A DNA stretch of 64,000 bases from Accumulibacter sp. (GTDB taxonomy: Bacteria; Pseudomonadota; Gammaproteobacteria; Burkholderiales; Rhodocyclaceae): assembly GCF_029255125.1 (NCBI RefSeq), contig NZ_JAPUVR010000098.1, positions 6,927 to 70,926 of the forward strand. Reading direction: 5' to 3'. The notes under the pieces were generated by a model. The model was given only the letters and a program-made list of their open reading frames with translations, did not search any database and had not been told where the DNA came from. This document shows positions 38,675-48,625 of the stretch, piece by piece (within the stretch, counting starts at the first letter, position 1; each line of letters opens with the position of its first letter). A program made the position numbers and the translations under genes.

Positions 38675-39994
38675 TCAAGCACCAGCGCGAGTTGACCCGC
38701 CGGGCACACCGCTGCGACGCGCGATCAGCACCTTGTCAACCCGGTTCTTGTCCATGTCGACGACCTCGAAGCGCAGGCCAGCGTGCTCGAAGTGGTCCGA
38801 GGCCAGCGGAATCCGGCCGAGCACGTACATGACGAAGCCACCCAAGGTGTGGAAGCTGTTTTCCGCTTCGCCCGGCAAGTCGCCATGGACGGACAGGACG
38901 CTCTTCAGGCGTTCGATCGTCGTGCTGCCATCAACCAGCCACGAGCCGTCCTCACGCATGACGACGTCCTGTTCCTCGGGCAAGTCCGAGGTCGGCAGGT
39001 CGCCGACGATCGCACTCAGCACATCGGAAAGCGTCACCAGTCCGAGCAGGTCGCCATACTCGTCAACCAACAGGACACACTGCTGGCGGGCGCGCCGGAA
39101 GGTCTCCAGCAGGTGCGTCGTCGTCACGCTGGCCGGCATGTAAAACGTTGGTTTAATGAAAGGCTCGATGTCCAGCGGTGCGCCGAGCAAAGCCGGTCCG
39201 AGCAGATCGCTGGTGCGCAGCAGGCCGACGATCTGCTCGAGGCCACCGCGGCAGACGACGATGCGCCGGTATGGGCTGTCGACCAGACGTTGGCGGAGCA
39301 CCTCGTCACCGTCGTCCAGGTCGACCAGGTAGATGTCCTTGCGGTGGGTCATGATCGAACTGACCTGCTGATCGTCCAGCCGCAGTACGTTCGAAACGAT
39401 TGCCCGCTCGCTGGCGTGAAAGACGCCAGCATCGGCGCCCTGTCCCATCAGCACGTCGATCTCCTCGTCGGTCACCGGTGGCTGCGCCACCCTTCGTGCG
39501 CCGAGCAGCCCGAGCAGCAGGCTGGACGACGACGAGAGAAGCCAGACGACCGGCCGGGCGAATCGGGCGAGCAATTCCATCGGCCGGGCAACGAACGCAG
39601 CGATCCGCTCAGGAGCGAGCAGGCCCAGGTGCTTGGGCACGAGTTCGCCGATGACGACCGAGAAGTAGGTGACGGTGACGACCACCAGGGTCATCGACAA
39701 GCCTTCTGCGTAAGGCGCAAGCCCAGGCGACCTGGCGAGGAAGTCCGCCAGGGGAAGCGCCAACGTGGCCTCGCCGATGGCGCCGCTGAGGATGCCGACG
39801 CTGGTAATTCCAACCTGTATCGTCGACAGGAAGGTCGAAGGTTCGTGGTGCAACGCGAGCGCCGAGCGGGCGCCGGCGTGGCCATCGTCGGCCAGTTTCT
39901 GCAAGCGCGGTGCGCGCGCCGAAACGACCGCAATTTCAGACATGGCGAGCACGCCGTTGAGGACGATCAGCAAGCCGAGCAAGACTAGCTCCAT
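38675..39994 (-). CDS. HlyC/CorC (CNNM-CBS-CorC) family transporter / hemolysin-like protein
   Basis: AMSEIAVVSAR, FLSTIQVGIT, VIGELVPK, CBS pair, VDEYGDLLGLVTLSD, FHTLGGFV. Confidence 0.93.
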   Translation of the reverse strand: MELVLLGLLIVLNGVLAMSEIAVVSARAPRLQKLADDGHAGARSALALHHEPSTFLSTIQVGITSVGILSGAIGEATLALPLADFLARSPGLAPYAEGLSMTLVVVTVTYFSVVIGELVPKHLGLLAPERIAAFVARPMELLARFARPVVWLLSSSSSLLLGLLGARRVAQPPVTDEEIDVLMGQGADAGVFHASERAIVSNVLRLDDQQVSSIMTHRKDIYLVDLDDGDEVLRQRLVDSPYRRIVVCRGGLEQIVGLLRTSDLLGPALLGAPLDIEPFIKPTFYMPASVTTTHLLETFRRARQQCVLLVDEYGDLLGLVTLSDVLSAIVGDLPTSDLPEEQDVVMREDGSWLVDGSTTIERLKSVLSVHGDLPGEAENSFHTLGGFVMYVLGRIPLASDHFEHAGLRFEVVDMDKNRVDKVLIARRSGVPGGSTRAGA

Positions 39995-40344
39995 TGGACG
40001 TGCTCCGCGCGGCTGGCGCCATCATCCGGTGCTCGGGAGTGTCGAGTGGCCTTCCGGCGGTCACCGACACGCGCGCGGCCAGCTTGTGGAGACGGGAACA
40101 CGCCTGCTTGGGGCTGGCTGGAAGGGGCTTGAAGTCGCATACGGGTGTCCGGACTGACGAGTTGAGCGAGGATGAAGCAGCGCCATTATAGGAAGCGGCC
40201 AGCAAAAATGCGCGCCTTGCTGTTCTCAATCAATCAACAGCATGGGGCGAAATGGTGAACGAAGTTCTTCGCTTTTTTCCGGGTGCCGGCGACGCCTTTG
40301 CGCCGAGGAAATCGGCCCGGTTTTCCGGGCTATTCCGAAACGGC

Positions 40345-40373
40345 TTGACGAAATCCAGCAGAATCAATACACT
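40345..40373 (+). promoter_or_regulatory. Sigma70-type promoter of the SLT gene
   Basis: TTGACG-N17-TACACT. Confidence 0.7.
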
Positions 40374-40570
40374 GCAATCCGTCCTGCAGTTTGCAGACCA
40401 AACGCAGCCAATCGGCTGCCTTCTTGCCGCTCTGTTGGCGGGCTTTCTGACCGCTCAGAGTACTGGCCTCAGGGAAAGTGTTCCCCACGCGTTCGAGGCT
40501 TTGCACCCGCCTGTAACCGCCCATCGTCAAGCCGGTTTTTTGGCCTGGCGACCAAAGTGAAGGAGAGAGC

Positions 40571-41269
40571 ATGTCCGTAGCGATTTCGCTCAGAAGTACC
40601 ACGGCGCGCCGTTCTGACGCCACCTTGAGTTTCATTCAGCACAGCTTGCTCGTCGTTGGACTGATGAGCCTGCTGGGCACCGTCAAGCCAATGCTTGACG
40701 ACCGCACACAGGCCGTCCCTGACGACGGACTGTTCATGGAAGCACCGGTCGTTACCGATGGTCCGGCGAACGAGGTCGCACGTGCGCCTGGACCGCCGGT
40801 CGAGGCGCTGTCACCGCGGCTGCAGCGCGCGCTCGACTTTGTCTCGCGGCGCTACCGAGTCGCTCCCGAAGCGCTGATTCCGGTCTTTGAAGCGGCCCAG
40901 AAGGTTGGTCGCGAGCGGCGCATCGATCCGCTGTTGATCATTGCCATCATCGGGATCGAATCGCGTTTCAATCCGTTCGCCGAGAGCGCCGTGGGCGCCA
41001 AGGGCCTGATGCAGGTCATCCCGGGCTACCACCTGGACAAAATCCCGAAGGGCGCCGGCGAACAGCCGTTCCTCGATCCGGTGACCAACATTCAAGTCGG
41101 CGTGCACGTGCTGGAGGAAGCGATCCGCTGGCGCGGCAGCCTGATTGCCGGTTTGCAGCACTACGGCGGTGCGGCGGAAGACCCGGAAACCGAGTACGCG
41201 AACAAGGTTCTTGCGGAGAAGCAGCGGCTCGAACAGGCAGTCAGACGAGGACCCGGCGGACGCGCCTGA
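40571..41269 (+). CDS. Lytic transglycosylase (SLT domain)
   Basis: N-terminal TM; IIGIESRFNP, GAKGLMQV, NIQVG, YANKV; RBS AGGAGAG. Confidence 0.88.
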   Translation: MSVAISLRSTTARRSDATLSFIQHSLLVVGLMSLLGTVKPMLDDRTQAVPDDGLFMEAPVVTDGPANEVARAPGPPVEALSPRLQRALDFVSRRYRVAPEALIPVFEAAQKVGRERRIDPLLIIAIIGIESRFNPFAESAVGAKGLMQVIPGYHLDKIPKGAGEQPFLDPVTNIQVGVHVLEEAIRWRGSLIAGLQHYGGAAEDPETEYANKVLAEKQRLEQAVRRGPGGRA

Positions 41270-41286
41270 ACCTCGCCGAATGCGCG

Positions 41287-43758
41287 CTAGCCGCCGGTCA
41301 CGTCGGCGCCGGCCATCCGGCGGATTGCCTGGCGCGCGTCGGCCGAGAGGACGAGTTCGGAATGGGCGAGTGGCGTCAGCAGTCGCTCGTCGAAGTGCAG
41401 CATGCCGCCTTCGTCCTCACGCAGGAACTCGGCTTCGACAAGATTCCTGATGAACGCCGAGAACGTCGCCTTCTCCGGGAAGTCGGCCGCGTTGAACTGA
41501 TCGAGCAACGACAGGCGGCGCGCCAGCAGATGGCATTGATCTTCCAGCGCCTGGCGCGACAACTTGCCCGGACCGTGTCGTTCGAGCAGAGCCAGCGTGA
41601 GGAAATGGCGTTCGAGTAGCGGGCGGATCGTCTCGCCAAGCAGGCGCAGCTCAGCCGACTCCTGGCTGATCGGGTCGGCCGCCGCAAGCCGACCGGAGAC
41701 CTGCGAACGGCGCAGCAGACCCCGCGCCAGGAGGACACCCACAATGGCCTCGCTCGCCGCCGGCAGTTCGTCGTCGGTCCAGCGCAGGAAGAGTTCTGCC
41801 CGCATCAGCGTGCAGATGCCAGCGACCGCCTGGATGACCCGCTGCGTGTCGAGACGCCGGTTGTGACTCAACAGACACGCGATCACCGCCGGCAGCGCAA
41901 ACAGGTGGAGAACGTTGTTGCGGAAATACGCGAGCAAAGGCGCCTGCCCTTCACGGACGCGAATCAGCGGGCCGAAAGGATCGCTCAGCCGTTCAACCAA
42001 CGTCAGGCGCTCGGCGTAGTCGACGATCTGCGCGCCATTGAGCGGGCAGGAGATTGTCGTTGGCGCGTAGGGCGCTGCGCTGACCAGCCCGCGATAGTGC
42101 TCGAGCAGACGCAACAAGCCGTGTTCGTCGGCCGTATGCCGGGGCGTCGCAAGCAGGGCAAGAGCGATCAGGTTCACCGGATTGAGCACGGCAGCGTCAT
42201 TGATCCGCCTGGCCAGTTCGGCGGCTGCGCTGCGTGTGATGCTGCGTGCCCATGCCGCCTGTTCATCGACCGCCTGCGTGCGCCAATCGGCGCGCCGCGC
42301 ATCGAGAAAGTCGGCCAGCGCCAGGGGCTGCCCAAAGTTCACATGGACTTTCCCGAAAACGCGTTTCAATTCGCGGACGCTGCGCAAGAGGCCGAGCAGC
42401 GATTCGCGCTGCTTGGGCTGGCCGGCCAGCTCGCCGACGTAGGCCTTGCCCTCGATGATCTTCTCGTAGCCGACATAGACGGGAACGAAGACAAGCGGTC
42501 GCGCATGCTGCCGAATGAAGCTCAGCACGGTCATCCCGAGAATGCCCGCCTTGGGGGTCAGCATTCGCCCGCTGCGGCTTCGTCCCCCCTCGATGAAATA
42601 CTCGATCGAGAAGCCGCGCGCCAGCATCAGGTGCAGATACTCATGAAAGACTGCCGCGTACAAGGCTTCGCCCTTCAGGCTGCGGCGAAGAAAGAACGCG
42701 CCGCCCCGGCGCAGCAGAGAACCGACGATCGGCAGGTTGAGATTGGCTCCCGCGGCAATGTGCGGAGGCGTCAGTCCCTGGCGGTGAATGATGTACGAAA
42801 GCAGCAGGTAATCGATGTGGCTGCGATGGCACGGAACATAAACGATCTCGTGGCCGGGAGCGATGCGCGTCACCGTGGCGAAGTTGTGCAACTCGATTCC
42901 GTCGTACAGGCGCGTCCACAACCAGGTGAGAAACAACTCGAGCGCACGCACGACACCATACGAGTAATCCGAAGCAATCTCGAGCGCAAAACCGCGCGCG
43001 CGACTCTGCGCCTCGGCAAGCGGGATGCCGTGCAAGGCAGCTTCGTCGGCCATCGCCGCGCGTACGCGCTCGCCAGCGAGGACCGCGTTGACCTGCGTAT
43101 GACGGTGCGAGAGGTCGGGACCGATCGCCATCTGGCGCTGTCGGCGGAAATGCACGCGCAAGACGCGTGACAGCTTGCGCAGCGCAGCTTCCTGATCGAG
43201 TCCTTCGGCCAGAAAGCCGCGCAGCGAAATGGGTGCGTTGAAGCGCACGAGAACGTTGCGCCCATGCAGCAGGATGGCCAGCAGTTGGCGCCACGGACCA
43301 GGCCGCCGCCAGGTCTCCGAAAACAGCGCTTTGAGAATCGACTCCTGCTTGTCCGGGCTGCGCCCCCAAAGGATGACCACTGGAACCAGCTGTACGTCGA
43401 ACTGCGCGTCGTCGAGCGCGTGCGCAATCAGCCGGATGAGCAAGGGAGAATGGCTGCTGGCGCCTCTGCCGGCATGCCGCCGACGGTCGCGGTTGAGAAA
43501 AAAGAAGGACCGCGGCAGACGCTCCCGGCCGGCGATGATCGGCGCTTCGGCGAGCGGCAGGGCGGCCCGCCTGGTCTCCTCTCCGAGCACCAGCAGGCTG
43601 GACAGGTGACGGTCCTGCAGGACGTAGCAGACCGGCTTCGCCGGGTCCAGAGCAAGCTCTTCCAGCCTGGCCGGAAAGACCGCAGTGCGTACCCAGACGT
43701 AGAGCACGCGGCGGGCGAAACGAAGCAACCAGCCGGACAGCTTGCCAGCGTCCGCCAC
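41287..43758 (-). CDS. plsB: Glycerol-3-phosphate 1-O-acyltransferase
   Basis: PCHRSHIDYLLLSY, AAGANL, GAFFLRRS, YFIEGGRSRSGR. Confidence 0.95.
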   Translation of the reverse strand: MADAGKLSGWLLRFARRVLYVWVRTAVFPARLEELALDPAKPVCYVLQDRHLSSLLVLGEETRRAALPLAEAPIIAGRERLPRSFFFLNRDRRRHAGRGASSHSPLLIRLIAHALDDAQFDVQLVPVVILWGRSPDKQESILKALFSETWRRPGPWRQLLAILLHGRNVLVRFNAPISLRGFLAEGLDQEAALRKLSRVLRVHFRRQRQMAIGPDLSHRHTQVNAVLAGERVRAAMADEAALHGIPLAEAQSRARGFALEIASDYSYGVVRALELFLTWLWTRLYDGIELHNFATVTRIAPGHEIVYVPCHRSHIDYLLLSYIIHRQGLTPPHIAAGANLNLPIVGSLLRRGGAFFLRRSLKGEALYAAVFHEYLHLMLARGFSIEYFIEGGRSRSGRMLTPKAGILGMTVLSFIRQHARPLVFVPVYVGYEKIIEGKAYVGELAGQPKQRESLLGLLRSVRELKRVFGKVHVNFGQPLALADFLDARRADWRTQAVDEQAAWARSITRSAAAELARRINDAAVLNPVNLIALALLATPRHTADEHGLLRLLEHYRGLVSAAPYAPTTISCPLNGAQIVDYAERLTLVERLSDPFGPLIRVREGQAPLLAYFRNNVLHLFALPAVIACLLSHNRRLDTQRVIQAVAGICTLMRAELFLRWTDDELPAASEAIVGVLLARGLLRRSQVSGRLAAADPISQESAELRLLGETIRPLLERHFLTLALLERHGPGKLSRQALEDQCHLLARRLSLLDQFNAADFPEKATFSAFIRNLVEAEFLREDEGGMLHFDERLLTPLAHSELVLSADARQAIRRMAGADVTGG

Positions 43759-43792
43759 GCGTATGCTTCTCCCGCCTTGCTGCCGGATGTCG

Positions 43793-45841
43793 CTATTCTT
43801 CCTCGACCACCTTGTGCTGCGCCGCGAGCTGCTGCTGCGTTGCCGGCGGAACCTGCGCGTAGTGTGAGAAAGCGATGCTGTACGAGCCTTGTCCGCCGGT
43901 CAGCGACTTCAGACGCGACTGGTAGCCCTCGAGTTCAGCCAGCGGCACTTGGCCGGTGATTGCCATGACCCCGGGGCCACGCGGCTGCGTGCCGGTCAGG
44001 TGTCCGCGTTTGCTCGACAGGTCTCCGGTCACATCACCGGTCAAGGCGTCCGGAGCCAGGATCTCGATGTCGACGATCGGTTCGAGGATGATCGGCTTGG
44101 CCGCCCGTATGGCTTCGGCGGTCGCTTTCTTGGCCGCGGTAAAGAAGGCGATGTCCTTGCCGTCGACCGGGTGTGACTTGCCGTCGTACACGGTGACGCG
44201 CAGATCCTCGACTGGGAAGCCGGCGACCACCCCGTCAGCCAGCGCCTGCCGCACGCCCTTTTCGACTGCCGCCATGAAGACGCCAGGAATGACCCCGCCC
44301 TTGACGATGTCGACGAATTCAAAACCGGCGCCGCGTTCGAGCGCTTCGACGCGCAGCATGACCTCGCCGAACTGCCCGGCGCCGCCACTCTGTTTCTTAT
44401 GCCGGCAGTGCCCTTCGGCAGCTCCGGTGATCGCTTCGCGATAGGCAATCTGCGGCGGCTTGGTATCGAGCTCCAGCTTGTACTGCTGCGCCAGACGACC
44501 CAACTTGGCGCGCAGGTGCATTTCACCAATGCCACGGATCACCGTTTCGTTGGTTGCCGCATGCCGTTCGATCCTGAAGCACGGGTCTTCGACTTCGAGC
44601 TTGCGCAGGATTTCGACCAGCCGCTGCTCGTCGGACTTCTTGCGCGCCTGCACGGCAAGACCCTGCATCGGCTGCGGAAAATCGAGCGGCTGCAGATGGA
44701 TATGATCCTCCTCGTGCGAATCGTGCAGCACACAGTCGAACTCGATTTCCTCGACCTTGGCAATCGCGCCGAGGTCACCCGGAACCAGTGCCTCGACCTC
44801 GATATACTCCTTGCCCTGCACGCGATAGGCGTGCCCAACCTTGAACGGCCGCTTGCCGTCGCCGACGAAGAGCTGCGAATCCTTGCGAATCGTTCCCTGA
44901 TGCACCCGGAAGATTCCCACCTTGCCGATGAAGGGGTCGCTGACGACCTTGAAAACGTGCGCCAGGACGTGCTTGTTCGCGTCTGGTTCGGACTGGAAAG
45001 CGACTGCCGCTCCGCCCGGCTCGCCGCGATAGAAGGGCGGCGGGTTCCCTTCGCTCGGGTTGGGCGCCAGCCTGGCGATGACATCGAGCAACTGCGGAAT
45101 GCCGGCGCCGGTCTTTGCCGAGACAAAAAGAATCGGCACCAGGTGTCCGGCGCGCAAGGCACGCTCGAAAGGCAGGTGCAGGTCTTCGGGACTCGGATCG
45201 ACGCCGTCCTCGAGATACTTGGCCAGCAGGTCCTCGTCCTCCTCGACGATCTGATCGATCAGTGCGCGGTGCGCCGCGGCAACTGACTCGAAATCGCTCT
45301 CGCCATCATCGTGGCCAAGCAGTTCGACGACCTCGCTGGCGTGCTTGGCGGGCAAGTCAAGGAGCATGCATTCGCGCCCGAAGCGTTCCCGAATCGTCGC
45401 CACCAGTGCGGGAAGATTGACGTTCTCGGCGTCGATCTTGTTGATCACGATCATTCGACAGACGCCGCGCGCCGCCGCCAGCCGCATCATGCGCTCACTC
45501 GACAGTTCAATCCCGTTTTGTGCATTGATCACGACCAGTGCCGTGTCCACCGCCGCCAGCGCACCGATTGCCTGCCCGGCAAAATCGGGAAAGCCGGGAG
45601 TGTCGATCAGGTGAACCTGCACGCCTTGCCAGTTGAAGCCTACCAGCGCGGAGTTCAGCGAGTGGCCGAACTCCTTTTCCTGCGCATCGAAATCGCAGAC
45701 GGTATTGCCCTTTTCGATCGTCCCGCGGCTGTTGATGGCGCCGGCAGCGGCGAGCAGGCTCTCGGCAAGCGTCGTCTTGCCCGCTGCGCCGTGCCCGACG
45801 AGCGCGACAGTGCGTAGGTTACTGGTGGCGGTCTGGCCCAT
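43793..45841 (-). CDS. Elongation factor G paralogue (EF-G2/FusA-like)
   Basis: GHGAAGKTT, DTPGFPDF, INKID, domain IV HKKQSGGAGQFG; lacks the canonical RGITI effector motif. Confidence 0.88.
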   Translation of the reverse strand: MGQTATSNLRTVALVGHGAAGKTTLAESLLAAAGAINSRGTIEKGNTVCDFDAQEKEFGHSLNSALVGFNWQGVQVHLIDTPGFPDFAGQAIGALAAVDTALVVINAQNGIELSSERMMRLAAARGVCRMIVINKIDAENVNLPALVATIRERFGRECMLLDLPAKHASEVVELLGHDDGESDFESVAAAHRALIDQIVEEDEDLLAKYLEDGVDPSPEDLHLPFERALRAGHLVPILFVSAKTGAGIPQLLDVIARLAPNPSEGNPPPFYRGEPGGAAVAFQSEPDANKHVLAHVFKVVSDPFIGKVGIFRVHQGTIRKDSQLFVGDGKRPFKVGHAYRVQGKEYIEVEALVPGDLGAIAKVEEIEFDCVLHDSHEEDHIHLQPLDFPQPMQGLAVQARKKSDEQRLVEILRKLEVEDPCFRIERHAATNETVIRGIGEMHLRAKLGRLAQQYKLELDTKPPQIAYREAITGAAEGHCRHKKQSGGAGQFGEVMLRVEALERGAGFEFVDIVKGGVIPGVFMAAVEKGVRQALADGVVAGFPVEDLRVTVYDGKSHPVDGKDIAFFTAAKKATAEAIRAAKPIILEPIVDIEILAPDALTGDVTGDLSSKRGHLTGTQPRGPGVMAITGQVPLAELEGYQSRLKSLTGGQGSYSIAFSHYAQVPPATQQQLAAQHKVVEEE

Positions 45842-46165
45842 TCATCATCTCCCATTCGTGTCGAAAGCACGCCGCAGCCGCAGGATTCGCCCTCTGGCAT
45901 GGACGGTCGCGCGTGCGCCGAGCATTTTACCCCGCCGACGAAAGGAGTGCTTATCGCCGTCGTGCGGCCCGATCAGGCCTCGCCGTGGCGGCTGCGCGCC
46001 ACGCGCTGACGCACGCTTGCTGCACTGACGACAGATTCTTGCGGAAAATGCGCCGGCCAACGCGCGCTTCATGCACATTTCTGGCGATTCTGTTTGGCGA
46101 AAATGCATCCAGTCGGCTAAAGTGGCGACCTCTCAAACGCCTCGAACATCGCACCAGGAGGAAAA

Positions 46166-48454
46166 ATGGAAAAACCTGCGCACCAGGCCGATCTGCGCGA
46201 CGCCGCACTCGAATACCACCGTCATCCGACGCCGGGCAAGATCTCGGTTCAGCCGACGAAAGGTTTGAGCAATCAGATAGACCTTGCGCTCGCCTATTCC
46301 CCGGGTGTCGCCTATGCCTGCCACGCCATTGCCGACGATCCGGCTGCGGCCAGCCTCTACAGTTCACGAGCCAATCTGGTCGGCGTGATCACCAACGGTA
46401 CGGCCGTCCTCGGCCTCGGCAACATCGGTCCGCTGGCCGCGAAGCCGGTGATGGAAGGCAAGGGCTGTCTGTTCAAGAAGTTTGCCGGGATCGACGTGTT
46501 CGATATCGAACTGGCGGAAAGCGACCCCGACCGCCTGATCGACATGATTGCGGCGATGGAGCCGACACTCGGCGGGATCAACCTGGAAGACATCAAGGCG
46601 CCAGAATGCTTCTACATCGAGGCAAGACTGAAGGAGCGGATGTCGATCCCGGTCTTCCATGACGATCAGCACGGCACAGCGATCATCTCGGCTGCAGCGA
46701 TCCTGAATGCACTCGAGATCGTTGGCAAGAAGATGGATGAAGTCAAGGTCGTCTGCTCGGGCGCCGGGGCAGCCGCCATCTCCTGCCTCAATCTGTGGTG
46801 CGCCCTCGGCGTTCGACGCGAGAACATCACCGTCTGTGACTCGAAAGGCGTCGTCTACCTCGGGCGCGAGCTAGACATGGAGCCGACCAAGGCAGCCTAT
46901 GCGCGCGACACCGACGCCCGCACGCTGGCCGATGCGCTCGCCGGCGCAGACGTCTTTCTCGGGCTGTCGACGGCCGGGATTCTTGATCCACAGATCCTGC
47001 TGACGATGGCCAGTCAGCCGATCGTCTTCGCACTGGCCAATCCAACGCCCGAAATCATGCCCGAACAGGCGCGCGAGGTGCGCCCTGACGTCATCATGGC
47101 TACCGGTCGTTCGGACTACGCCAACCAGGTCAACAATGTGCTCTGTTTCCCGTTCATCTTCCGCGGTGCGCTCGACGTCGGCGCGACGAGCATCAATGAG
47201 CAGATGAAAATGGCCTGCGTCCTGGCGCTGGCTGCAATGGCGAAGGAAGAAGTCAGCGACGAAGTGGCCATGGCCTATCCCGGGCAGGAGCTGTCGTTCG
47301 GGCCCGAATACCTGATCCCGAAGCCCTTCGATCCGCGCCTGATCACGACGATTGCGCCGGCCGTGGCGCAGGCAGCGATGGCCTCGGGCGTGGCCACGCG
47401 ACCGATCACCAACCTGGCCGCCTACCGCGATAAGCTGCGCGATTTCGTCTACCGCACCGGAGTCGGCATGCGCGCCGTCTTTTCGGCCGCCAAGCGCGGC
47501 CGCAAGACGCGCATCGTTTACCCTGACGGCGAAGACGAGCGGACGCTGCGCGCCGCGCAGACGATTCTCGACGAGGGCTTGACCCGCCCGATCCTGATCG
47601 GCCGGCCGGATGTCATTGCAGCGCGGCTGCAACGGATCGGCTCGAAGCTGCGTGTCGGTTCGCACCTCGAAGTGGTCGATCCAAACAGCGATGCGCGCTA
47701 CAAGGAATGCTGGACCGCGTATCACCAGTTGCGCAAGCGACAAGGGGTGACGATCGACATCGCAAAGATGCGCCTGCGCAATGACAATACGATCATCGGC
47801 GCCGTGCTGCTCCGCCTGGGCTACGCAGACGGCATGATCTGTGGTCTGAATGGGCGCTTTGCCCATCACTTGCGGCAAGTCGACGAAATCATCGGCAAAG
47901 CGCCCGGGCGCAGCATCATGGCGGCGATGACGCACGTCCTCCTGCCCGGTCGCGCGCTCTTCCTCTGCGACACGCACGTCAATGAAGAACCGGATGCCGC
48001 GCAGTTGGCCGAAATTGCCATCATGGCGGCCGCTGCGGTGCGCCGTTTCAAGATCAGGCCGAAGCTGGCGATGCTCTCGCATTCGAACTTTGGCTCGTCG
48101 CAAAGCGCGACAGCCCGCCGCGTCGCCGAGGCGGTCGCGATCATTCGCGCACAAGCACCGGATCTCGAAGTCGACGGCGAAATGCACGGCGAAAGCGCGC
48201 TCAGCGAAACCATTCGCCAACAGTCCGATCCCGAGTCGCCGCTCACTGGCGAGGCGAACGTCCTGGTGATGCCCAATCTGGATGCGGCCAACATCTCGTA
48301 CAACCTGCTCAAGATGACCGGCGGCGACGGCATGTCGGTCGGCCCGATCCTGCTCGGCGCCGCCCGCCCGGTGCATGTCCTGGCGCCGACCTCCAGCGTT
48401 CGTCGAGTGGTTGATATGACCGCATTGGTCGTCGTGGACGCTGCGCTCAAGTAA
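46166..48454 (+). CDS. maeB: NADP-dependent malic enzyme with phosphotransacetylase-like domain
   Basis: [42 protein letters not shown]-like C-terminus ([14 protein letters not shown]). Confidence 0.96.
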   Translation: MEKPAHQADLRDAALEYHRHPTPGKISVQPTKGLSNQIDLALAYSPGVAYACHAIADDPAAASLYSSRANLVGVITNGTAVLGLGNIGPLAAKPVMEGKGCLFKKFAGIDVFDIELAESDPDRLIDMIAAMEPTLGGINLEDIKAPECFYIEARLKERMSIPVFHDDQHGTAIISAAAILNALEIVGKKMDEVKVVCSGAGAAAISCLNLWCALGVRRENITVCDSKGVVYLGRELDMEPTKAAYARDTDARTLADALAGADVFLGLSTAGILDPQILLTMASQPIVFALANPTPEIMPEQAREVRPDVIMATGRSDYANQVNNVLCFPFIFRGALDVGATSINEQMKMACVLALAAMAKEEVSDEVAMAYPGQELSFGPEYLIPKPFDPRLITTIAPAVAQAAMASGVATRPITNLAAYRDKLRDFVYRTGVGMRAVFSAAKRGRKTRIVYPDGEDERTLRAAQTILDEGLTRPILIGRPDVIAARLQRIGSKLRVGSHLEVVDPNSDARYKECWTAYHQLRKRQGVTIDIAKMRLRNDNTIIGAVLLRLGYADGMICGLNGRFAHHLRQVDEIIGKAPGRSIMAAMTHVLLPGRALFLCDTHVNEEPDAAQLAEIAIMAAAAVRRFKIRPKLAMLSHSNFGSSQSATARRVAEAVAIIRAQAPDLEVDGEMHGESALSETIRQQSDPESPLTGEANVLVMPNLDAANISYNLLKMTGGDGMSVGPILLGAARPVHVLAPTSSVRRVVDMTALVVVDAALK

Positions 48455-48625
48455 GCCGCTGCGGCTGGCGAGCTTCACTAGGAGGCGCCAGACGGCTGCC
48501 AGCGTTGTTCCGCCAACGACGCTGCTTTACAAACCCGCGCAAGCCATGCATCATCGGCCCGGCAAGTTCAGCGCAGCCGGGAACCGATCGTTTTCAGCGT
48601 CTTGCGCGGTCCCCTTTTTCGAGAA

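Noticed and set aside
39995-40195. Mg/Mn riboswitch or Pro-rich leader peptide upstream of the CorC/HlyC transporter
   Set aside because: No yybP-ykoY, M-box or fluoride motif recognised; the Pro-rich mini-ORF starts inside the TATAAT -10 element and so would not be transcribed
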